Positions 49,063-56,736 of a stretch of DNA of 64,000 nucleotides are shown in pieces; within the stretch, counting starts at the first letter, position 1, and each line of letters opens with the position of its first letter. The position numbers and the translations under genes were made by a program. The DNA lies in contig OY764216.1 of NCBI GenBank assembly GCA_963668315.1, positions 3,392,001 to 3,456,000 of the forward strand, read 5' to 3'. The notes beneath the pieces were generated by a model. The model was not told the DNA's origin and made no database searches. It saw only the letters and a program-made list of their open reading frames with translations. Source of the stretch: Spirochaetia bacterium. Lineage in GTDB: Bacteria; Spirochaetota; Spirochaetia; DSM-2461.

Positions 49063-50660
49063 ATAATCATAAGGACCCCTAGTGGTTATGTTAAAATTTC
49101 CAACAACCTTAACCAAAGGAGCCCTTATGAAATTTTATACCCAACAACACAACTTTTACTGCGGAATCGATCTCCACACGAAAAAGATGTATATCTGCAT
49201 TATGAACCAGGATGGCGAAATCGTCTATCATAAAAACATGATCGCTGATCCGGTTCACCTTCAACAAGCGATCGCCCCCTTTCTTAATGATATCGTCATC
49301 TGTGTCGAGTGTATTTTCACATGGTACTGGATTGCCGATTACTGCCAGCTAAACAGTATTCCCTTTGTCCTTGGCCACGCCCTCTACATGAAGGCTATAA
49401 GCGGAGGAAAAACCAAGAACGATAAAATCGATTCCCAGAAGATAGCGGCATTGCTAAAAGGTGGCCTGATCCCTCAAGCCTATGTCTACCCACAGAAAAC
49501 CAGAGCTATTCGAGACCTCTTCAGACGGCGAATATATCTTGTTCGCAGGAGATCAGATCTTCTTTCTCATATCCAGAATACCAATACCCAATACAATTTC
49601 GATACCATAAAGAAGGGGATCAATTCTCTTACGATTGCTTCGAAGACTGAATTACTCGAACGGTTTGATGATCCGGCGGTCAAAATGAATATGGAAGTCG
49701 ACATAGCCGTCGTTGATGCGTTAACCGAACAGATCCGGAAGATAGAATCTCGTGTTTTGAAGGCAGCAAATCATTCTGATCCTCTAGCATTTTCTTTGTT
49801 GAAATCTATTCCCGGGATAGGTGATGTGCTTGCCCTGACTATTCTCTATGAAATTGAAGACATTAACCGTTTTCCTCGTGTACAGAACTTCGTTTCCTAT
49901 TGCCGCGTAGTCAAGTGTCAGAGGGAATCGGGAGGAAAGCAGTATGCATCCAAAAATACCAAAATCGGCAATGCTAATCTCAAGTGGGCTTTCTCCGAAG
50001 CGGCCGTCATGTTCATCCGCTATTGCCCGGAGATAAAATCATATCATCAGAGATTAGTGCAAAAGTTTGGAAACGGGAAAGCCTATTCCATCATGGCCCA
50101 TAAATTAGCCAGAGCTGTATATTATGTTCTCAAAAGGAGGAAAGCCTTTGATATAGACCGTTTTTGTTCATAACAGGTGGAGCAGATAAGCCTAACGTAT
50201 AACTATAATCATAAAAAGATAATGACCGTAAATACGGCTTTTTATAGCATGACTATCATTCGTATTTATCATTTGAAAGAAGAATTATGCGTTCGCTGAT
50301 TGGATATCTGCTTCGACCTGTTTTAAATAACCAGGATTGAGAAAGTCTGGAAGAATTCTGCACCAGCCTGATCACGAAAATAACTGGATTCCCCAAGAAA
50401 TCCGTTTTCATTGATTATGACAGGATTGGGTACGGATGTATTTCTATAATGCCGTAAAATTACGGAGTTAAAGTGTCTATGTGTGTTTGGAGCAGATCTT
50501 TTCTGCAGCCCGTTTGAGAAACAAGACAGAATGCTTCATTCTTTATCGGTCCGGTTCATCTTCATATAAAAATGTTCTACCTAGATAGAACAGGGGAAAA
50601 TTTGTCCTTGACAGATGGGGTCCTAATATGTGTCCTTGACAGATGGGGTCCTAATATGTG
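49063..50660 (+). mobile_element. IS110-family (IS1111-like) element in the attC core
   Basis: Subterminal IR aggacccc/ggggtcct; ~430-bp non-coding region downstream of the transposase; TG at both junctions. Confidence 0.85.
49127..50173 (+). CDS. IS110-family transposase/recombinase
   Basis: GIDLH, VECIF, KNDKIDS (DEDD), SIPGIG, ESGG, GNANLKWAFSEAA; AAGGAG before ATG 49127. Confidence 0.93.
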   Translation: MKFYTQQHNFYCGIDLHTKKMYICIMNQDGEIVYHKNMIADPVHLQQAIAPFLNDIVICVECIFTWYWIADYCQLNSIPFVLGHALYMKAISGGKTKNDKIDSQKIAALLKGGLIPQAYVYPQKTRAIRDLFRRRIYLVRRRSDLLSHIQNTNTQYNFDTIKKGINSLTIASKTELLERFDDPAVKMNMEVDIAVVDALTEQIRKIESRVLKAANHSDPLAFSLLKSIPGIGDVLALTILYEIEDINRFPRVQNFVSYCRVVKCQRESGGKQYASKNTKIGNANLKWAFSEAAVMFIRYCPEIKSYHQRLVQKFGNGKAYSIMAHKLARAVYYVLKRRKAFDIDRFCS

Positions 50661-50701
50661 TTATATGCAGTTTGAAAAAAGGAGTGGTTTCGGAAAATGC
50701 A

Positions 50702-51058
50702 TCAAGGCCAATCTAATTGACTTTCTGGAATACCAATAGACTTACCGTAATTAACCGCATTTTGTTTTTGAAGAATATCTCCCGTTTGATAATCAAATAC
50801 CTTTTGGGGAAAAATGATTATAGTGTTTGTTTGATCCCGAACATCAACGTACCAGAAATCTTTTAAATTAGCCTGTATTTCAGAAATTATTTCTAGAAAA
50901 GAATCTTTGGGATTATCAAAAGAAATAGCAGTCCAGATTGCAGGCTGTTGAGGATCATTATTTCCAACATTCCAAGTTTCTTTTTTTTTAATATTTAATT
51001 TACTTACAAGAGAATCCGATTTCAGACTTTCAAGAATAATAGTGCCCTTGTATGTCAT
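50702..51058 (-). CDS. Cassette hypothetical protein
   Basis: AGGAGG RBS; fills the space between two attCs. Confidence 0.75.
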   Translation of the reverse strand: MTYKGTIILESLKSDSLVSKLNIKKKETWNVGNNDPQQPAIWTAISFDNPKDSFLEIISEIQANLKDFWYVDVRDQTNTIIIFPQKVFDYQTGDILQKQNAVNYGKSIGIPESQLDWP

Positions 51059-51082
51059 ACAATCCTCCTTTTTTCAAATTGC

Positions 51083-51233
51083 ATATAACGTTTCAGAAAT
51101 ATACGAAGTTGCCTGGTACCCCATAAGGGTTGATAAATACCTGTTCAATTATATCATAATTGAGCGGGTATTTGTCAAAGGCAATTTGCCGAAGGCCAAG
51201 GGCGAAGCCCGCTGTGTATATTTCTTGTTAGAA
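51083..51233 (-). other. attC site
   Basis: gcatataacgtttc...cttgttagaagc. Confidence 0.87.
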
Positions 51234-51295
51234 GCTTTTTTAGATGGAGTGAGAAGATGTTTTTCAAATACATGGAAGTATTTGAAAATATTTGC

Positions 51296-51565
51296 CTATT
51301 TGCCCCAGAACTTATCATTCATGAAAACAATAAACTTTTCAATTTTTCTGTTTATTCGCCTAGTCTTAAGAATATTATTTACAGTGTTATTAAGAGCTCC
51401 TGCTGATATCGCAAAAAGGACAATAATTACACTTGCTGGAGTACGATCAATATCCAAAATGAAAATGATAGTAACTAGTAGTAGGCAAACTGGTATTGAA
51501 AGCATAGCTGTTATTATTCGGGATCGCCTTATATATTCACGATTATCTGAATTATTCATTTCCAT
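51296..51565 (-). CDS. Cassette small two-TM protein
   Basis: Two hydrophobic segments; lies between attCs. Confidence 0.65.
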   Translation of the reverse strand: MEMNNSDNREYIRRSRIITAMLSIPVCLLLVTIIFILDIDRTPASVIIVLFAISAGALNNTVNNILKTRRINRKIEKFIVFMNDKFWGK

Positions 51566-51636
51566 TCCTTATATGCTTAAAAAAACGAGCCATGGATGGC
51601 GAGTCCGTACTCATATAATTGTTTATCTAAAATTGC

Positions 51637-51780
51637 TTCTAACGTTTCGCAAATATGCGAAGTCGCCTGGTACCCCGAAGGGGTTGATAAATACAGGGAA
51701 AAGTATATCATACTTTTTTCTGGATTTGTCAAAGGCAATTTGGGTGAAGCGAAGCGTAACCGCATCATTTGCTGTTATAT
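51637..51780 (-). other. attC site
   Basis: gcttctaacgtttcgcaaatatgcg...cgcatcatttgctgttatat. Confidence 0.87.
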
Positions 51781-51833
51781 AAAGTACCAGATCCTCACCG
51801 TGAAGAGTTTTAATAAATACATGGATGTATTGA

Positions 51834-52256
51834 TTAAACATAATTCTGAAAAACGATGATATATACATTTATTACAAAATAGATAATTCCAGCGAGCATT
51901 AAAATCGATGCAACATGGGTGCTTTTAATGAATTTACTGGGAAATGACCAACTGCGAAGTTTAACAATAAGTTCTTTATACATTGCGATAAAAAATCCCA
52001 AAAATGCTGGTCCATAAATTGCGATTGTACGACCTGTCACGGTTTTACCGTAAGTGGATGTTGTTGCTTCAATTAACCCTCCAAGAGCGAATAGGACAAG
52101 AACATAATATCTTCCTTTCTTCAATTGATTTGTAAAAGTTGTCTTGAACTGCTCATCTAACTCATAATAACTCTTTCGAATAAGAAAAATGCTAATAAAT
52201 ATTTGTAAAATAAGAACTGATGTAGCAAATAACATTTCAATAACCCTATGAGCCAT
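51834..52256 (-). CDS. Cassette membrane protein (start may be 52235)
   Basis: About four hydrophobic segments; lies between attCs. Confidence 0.65.
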   Translation of the reverse strand: MAHRVIEMLFATSVLILQIFISIFLIRKSYYELDEQFKTTFTNQLKKGRYYVLVLFALGGLIEATTSTYGKTVTGRTIAIYGPAFLGFFIAMYKELIVKLRSWSFPSKFIKSTHVASILMLAGIIYFVINVYIIVFQNYV

Positions 52257-52302
52257 GGATGGCGATCTTATACGGATTCAATTTTCTTTGATCTGGTATT
52301 TT

Positions 52303-52446
52303 ATATAACGTTTCGCAAATATGCGAAGTTGCCTGGTACCCCGAAGGGGTTGATAAATGGCTGTTCAATTATATCATAATTGAACGGGTATTTGTCAAAG
52401 GCAATTTGGGTGTAGCGAAGCGGAACCGCATCATTTGCTGTTATAA
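52303..52446 (-). other. attC site
   Basis: ttatataacgtttcgcaaatatgcg...cgcatcatttgctgttataa. Confidence 0.87.
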
Positions 52447-52504
52447 ACAGTAAAGCAAGCGGGTCTCCATCCCCAAAATTTCTTGTACACGGATGTATAA
52501 GAAA

Positions 52505-53227
52505 TTATTCCTTCTTTGCTAGAATCTCTATGTTCATATTTCTGCTGGATGACTTTTTAACCTTCATTCCATTTTTCTCCAACAAACTTAGAGATTTTTC
52601 AAATGAGAGCCTGTACTTTTTACTCTGACCCTTTTCTGTTATCCATTTCCCATCAACGATTTTATTTATTAAATCAACTGTATAGAGATATTCTTTTTCA
52701 TAAATTAACCCAATATTTTTGATAAATGAATCTGTTGCTTTTGATGTTTTGAATCGCTCAATAAACGGTAACTCAACGGAGAAATCTCGAAATTTAAGTA
52801 AAAATTGGCCTTCAGCGTTCAACATTTCTGAAATGAGAGAGAACAGTCTATCAATTTCAGATTCGCCATTTAGGTAAAGGATCGTATCACCAGTGCATAA
52901 GATGAAATCCATCTCCTTAAAAGATAATTTCTCTATTTGACGAATATCTATTGTATGGATTTTAATATGATTATTGCGCAATAGATCTTGGTGAAATATA
53001 TCCCTACAAAAATCAACCGCATGAATTTCAGAAAAGCCAAGATTTGATAAAGCTATTGAGTAAGCTCCAGGACCACAACCTATATCAATTGCTGAATTCG
53101 TATTTAAAAAATTGACACCATCTAAATCTTTCTTCGCTTTTTCGATCCTATCAGAAAAAACTTCGCCAATTTCAGAGTAATTTTGGATATAGATATCAGA
53201 AAAATAAGCCAAATTATTTATTTGCAT
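52505..53227 (-). CDS. Cassette class I SAM methyltransferase
   Basis: AIDIGCGPG, HAVDF, DFILCTGDTILYL. Confidence 0.85.
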   Translation of the reverse strand: MQINNLAYFSDIYIQNYSEIGEVFSDRIEKAKKDLDGVNFLNTNSAIDIGCGPGAYSIALSNLGFSEIHAVDFCRDIFHQDLLRNNHIKIHTIDIRQIEKLSFKEMDFILCTGDTILYLNGESEIDRLFSLISEMLNAEGQFLLKFRDFSVELPFIERFKTSKATDSFIKNIGLIYEKEYLYTVDLINKIVDGKWITEKGQSKKYRLSFEKSLSLLEKNGMKVKKSSSRNMNIEILAKKE

Positions 53228-53284
53228 ATTATCCTTTTTGGTCCAGGACGGACCAAAAACATGATCCGAAGCTGCTTGATTTAT

Positions 53285-53310
53285 TGTTTATAACTCATAT
53301 TATATGAAAT
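53285..53310 (-). other. Putative attI site
   Basis: Minus strand ATTTCATATAATATGAG|TTATAAACA; the core complements R'' of cassette 1 (52440-52449) but no attC body adjoins it. Confidence 0.55.
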
Positions 53311-53476
53311 TCGTTATAATATCGAATAAGTGAATTTATATAAACTATCATAAACCCCTATTGAATATTCGTAAACCAGAATAAAAACGCTTTATTTATT
53401 ATCAGTATCGTAATGTCATAACTTCGTTCTGTATGGGTGAGAGGGACTATTTCAAAGATGCTTTTTCATCAACGGA

Positions 53477-53710
53477 CTATTTCAGATATTTTAGAATTAT
53501 ACCTTTCTTGGCACAGAATAGATAATCTCCATTCCAACTTACAATTGATTCCTTACATTTAAAGCATTTCTCTTTCTCAGGATCGGAAAACTTGATAAGG
53601 TTTTTGAATTTGTCGAGCTCATCTTTCCAGAGTCTTGTATTTTCATCAGATGATCTCATTTTTAGATCAAGTACACAATCGTCGTCGCACTCCTTGAATT
53701 TATCTTTCAT
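53477..53710 (-). CDS. Small Cys-containing hypothetical protein
   Basis: GAGG RBS; CxxC...C near the C-terminus. Confidence 0.5.
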   Translation of the reverse strand: MKDKFKECDDDCVLDLKMRSSDENTRLWKDELDKFKNLIKFSDPEKEKCFKCKESIVSWNGDYLFCAKKGIILKYLK

Positions 53711-53901
53711 GGAAGTACCTCTATTTTTAAATCATATTTAAGTATTATACCATTAGTTTATTTATAAACACGAAGTCTTGACAATGTTCACACGAAACAC
53801 ACAAAAGAAAATTAAGTTGTTGACTTAACATATGTATAGGTGTAGAGAGGATAAGTCCTGCCGGTTAAGGCATCCATTATTTGGATGAAAGGAGCGATCC
53901 T

Positions 53902-54045
53902 ATGCAGAAATCCAATGCAGAAGGACAGCTAGGACAGGAAGAGAGCGAATCCCTTACCCCTGCCACCGGGTACACGGCGCAGGAGTTGGACCGGGCGATA
54001 CGCATTGCGCTACCTGCCATCATGAAATTACTTCATCAGAGGTGA
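53902..54045 (+). CDS. 47-aa hypothetical protein (not in the ORF track)
   Basis: AAGGAG RBS, ATG 53902 to TGA 54045; TTGACT upstream at 53820. Confidence 0.4.
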   Translation: MQKSNAEGQLGQEESESLTPATGYTAQELDRAIRIALPAIMKLLHQR

Positions 54046-54330
54046 GTTGAGGTCACCCAAGATATCATATCCGAGATGTAAATAGTGAAAGAGTAGCGAT
54101 TGCTCTATATGATTCTACAGAAAAAGATCCTCACTTTTCCTCATTAGCTGATTGAAGTTCTAATCTTGATGAATCATTCGGCGGAGATGAAGATTACGAA
54201 GACGATGAATATGATTGGGAAGATGATGACGATTAGGACTAATAATAAGCTCTGGAAATCCGAATTTTAGGACTAGACCCCGAAAATAAAGGGGTCAATA
54301 AAGGCATCATTACCGAAAACGGGACTGAAT

Positions 54331-54360
54331 AAAAAAAAGCACCTTCCGAAGAAAGTGCTC
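54331..54360 (-). terminator. Intrinsic terminator with cUUCGg loop
   Basis: Minus strand agcactttc-ttcg-gaaggtgct followed by a T-run. Confidence 0.8.
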
Positions 54361-54389
54361 TATATATAATCCCCGTAGGGTTTATGCGT

Positions 54390-54448
54390 TGCGGTAGAGA
54401 AGACTTGAACTTCCACGGTCTTGCGACCACTAGCCCCTCAAGCTAACG
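54390..54448 (-). pseudogene. 3' fragment of tRNA-Leu(GAG), att-like remnant
   Basis: Anticodon arm TTAGC-TTGAGGG-GCTAG, long variable arm GGTC-GCAA-GACC, T-arm GTTCAAGTC, acceptor 3' strand; D-arm and 5' strand absent. Confidence 0.85.
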
Positions 54449-54463
54449 GTAGCTGATTTATAT

Positions 54464-55093
54464 TTAAATAAAATTTTCAACCCTACGTCTAATCTTTCTG
54501 GCTTGATTGTCATTATCTACCCAAAATACAACTGCTCTTCGACCAGCCGCAGTTTGTTCCCTTGCATCTTTCAAATTAATACCTTTGATTTTCTCTTCCC
54601 CTATGAATAAACTGGCATCCGATACCCTTATCTTATCTGTCATTGAGTTGGCAGTATAAACATTTATATCAGAGTTCCTTCTTTCTATATAAGCCTTCAA
54701 TTCACGTACAGAAAGCTCTTTAAAACGGCCCCAGAACATAGGATCGTTCTCAACTAAGTTTCTATCAATTAATCTAATCTTAGACATACATTTCGAGAGT
54801 TTTAATTTATTTTGACGGAACTCCGTCTGAAACTCCCAATACTTCAGGCCAATCTCAGAAAGATGAATTGCTTTTTGGTATGAAAGGTTCGTTCTTTCTA
54901 AACGAATGTATTCTTTAAAATTTGAAGCTACATCATAAAATAAACCATCTCTTTTAATTCGACCTAAAGATACAGCTAAAAGGGCCATACTGATTTTGAT
55001 ATCATTCTCAATCATTCTCATTACAGATTCGATTCCAGCTAAAGTCACTGATTCTTTAAAGGGATAATCAATTTCAAATTCTTCGGTTTTCAT
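54464..55093 (-). CDS. Hypothetical protein coupled to the integrase
   Basis: 209-aa ORF, ATGA overlap with the integrase stop. Confidence 0.7.
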   Translation of the reverse strand: MKTEEFEIDYPFKESVTLAGIESVMRMIENDIKISMALLAVSLGRIKRDGLFYDVASNFKEYIRLERTNLSYQKAIHLSEIGLKYWEFQTEFRQNKLKLSKCMSKIRLIDRNLVENDPMFWGRFKELSVRELKAYIERRNSDINVYTANSMTDKIRVSDASLFIGEEKIKGINLKDAREQTAAGRRAVVFWVDNDNQARKIRRRVENFI

Positions 55094-56469
55094 ATGGCGC
55101 CCTCCATTGTAAAGGGGATAATATTTCCAAATACATTTGAGACAGCTTCTTTCGCTTTTTCAAAGTCCTGTTCGGCAGCATGATCGGCATAATGAGCCAG
55201 CATTTCAGGTGTGGCATGTCCAGTTAAGTCAGCTGCTCTTTGGTCCAGTACATCAACCATGTGTTTTGCAAAATAATGCCGCCAGGAGTGGAAGTTGATA
55301 TTCATCGACTTCCTATTCGATTCTCCTATTCCGATCGATTCTAGGGCCTTTTTTAGAGCACGGTACATAAGTTTACCATCATGGGGCTTTGCTGGATCGT
55401 TTATATGGTAAAAGATGAAACTATTTGGCTCATAATTATGAGGAGTTGTTTTTGCGTAATTAAGTAGGGTAGTGGCAAGTGACGGATTTATGGCTACAGA
55501 CCGGATCTCATTTGTCTTAGTTGATTTTAAATGATCAAAAGATGACCAGGAGTGTTTAACCTGAATACGATCAGGAAGAATATCTTTGACCCTAAGTGCG
55601 CAAATCTCGCCTCTTCTTAGGCCTGTCTGCATTGCTGTATAATTCCCTAATTTATTTGCCGGATTAATACCCCAATATCCCTGTAAGAAGAGTCTTTTAG
55701 CCTCTTCATCAGACAATATACCACGTTTCTTAGCTTTGCCTGAAAAGAAGGAGATACCCATAGCAGGATTTTCTGGAATTATCTTTTCTAGTGCTGCCCA
55801 TTTTAGAGCTACAGTACCGGCTTTTAAAATATTGTTTCTTGAAGATGTGGACAACAATTCATCAAATGATATTAATTCACCGTTGATTCTTTTTTTCCGT
55901 TTCTCCTTGGAAAGCCATATAGAAAAGTCCTTAATTTCTTTTCGGGTGATGTCAAATAACAACTTATCATTGAAATATGGTTCCCAGTAATTTTTAATGT
56001 AACTCGTATTATTCTGGCAGTGGTTTTGACTTATGCTTTTCCCGTGGGCTTTTCTCTCTTCTACATACGGACTAGTTTTAAAATCCCAAAATTTGAACAT
56101 GAAATCAATAAATGTATCTTGATTTTCACCCTTTAATTTTGCATTTTCAATAAAGCCTCTTTCTTTGAGTATATTAAGGATCTTTGGGATATCACTACTC
56201 GTAAGAGGAGCCGTTCTTAATTCATGACAGATACTTTCAATATTAAAGAAGTCTTTGCTATCACGTTTTACTCTTTTTTGTCCCTCTGGTATGGTACCAT
56301 GAAACCAGCCATGAGCAATGAAACGTGCTTCATCCAAATCGGTTTGGCCGGTACTCTTAGAATTCGTCCATTCACCTGTAGTTGGATTCTTTAATCGGGC
56401 GTAGTAGTACTTTCCACGCTTAAACACAAAAAAACCGGACATATTCATCCTCCCTTTGTGACAGTTCAT
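55090..56469 (-). CDS. Phage/island-type tyrosine integrase
   Basis: Arm-binding-like N-terminus (KRGKYYYARL); TGLRRGEI, LKSTKT, FHSWRH, LTGH...HY; adjacent to a tRNA 3' end. Confidence 0.9.
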   Translation of the reverse strand: MNCHKGRMNMSGFFVFKRGKYYYARLKNPTTGEWTNSKSTGQTDLDEARFIAHGWFHGTIPEGQKRVKRDSKDFFNIESICHELRTAPLTSSDIPKILNILKERGFIENAKLKGENQDTFIDFMFKFWDFKTSPYVEERKAHGKSISQNHCQNNTSYIKNYWEPYFNDKLLFDITRKEIKDFSIWLSKEKRKKRINGELISFDELLSTSSRNNILKAGTVALKWAALEKIIPENPAMGISFFSGKAKKRGILSDEEAKRLFLQGYWGINPANKLGNYTAMQTGLRRGEICALRVKDILPDRIQVKHSWSSFDHLKSTKTNEIRSVAINPSLATTLLNYAKTTPHNYEPNSFIFYHINDPAKPHDGKLMYRALKKALESIGIGESNRKSMNINFHSWRHYFAKHMVDVLDQRAADLTGHATPEMLAHYADHAAEQDFEKAKEAVSNVFGNIIPFTMEGAI

Positions 56470-56528
56470 GTCACACTTCAGAAATGATAAACACTCCGGT
56501 TTTCCGGTCGCATCTATATGATACTATA

Positions 56529-56553
56529 TAAATACTTAAATAATAAGTATTTA
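56529..56553. repeat. 10-bp inverted repeat beside the tRNA 3' end
   Basis: taaatactta-aataa-taagtattta. Confidence 0.7.
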
Positions 56554-56562
56554 CTAATGTAG

Positions 56563-56636
56563 TCGGGCTGGCCGGATTTGAACCGGCGACCCCTTGTCCC
56601 CCAGACAAGTACGCTAAACCCCTGCGCTACAGCCCG
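56563..56636 (-). tRNA. tRNA-Pro(GGG)
   Basis: Acceptor CGGGCTG/CAGCCCG, anticodon arm CTTGT-CTGGGGG-ACAAG, T-loop GGTTCAAATCC; CCA not encoded. Confidence 0.95.
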
Positions 56637-56736
56637 TTGTTTCTTAGCAACGAGCAGTAATATACCTTGGATCAAAACTATTGTCAACAGTTCTCGAAGG
56701 AAAAATTATTCAATTTTTAATGCCCTTATTAATTCC

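Noticed and set aside
49086..49096. XerD-arm match TTATGTTAAAA in the IS110 left end
   Set aside because: No partner arm at 6-bp spacing
48199..51868. ORFs 48199, 48799, 48817, 51042, 51577, 51596, 51623 sharing EVAWYP.GVDKY-like peptides
   Set aside because: They are read-throughs of attC repeats, not a protein family
48239..52446. CRISPR array interpretation of the recurring repeats
   Set aside because: Repeats are ~150 bp separated by whole genes; no cas genes; they fit attC
55090..56469. Integron integrase for the cassette array
   Set aside because: Has an arm-binding-type N-terminus, lacks recognisable IntI motifs and abuts a tRNA
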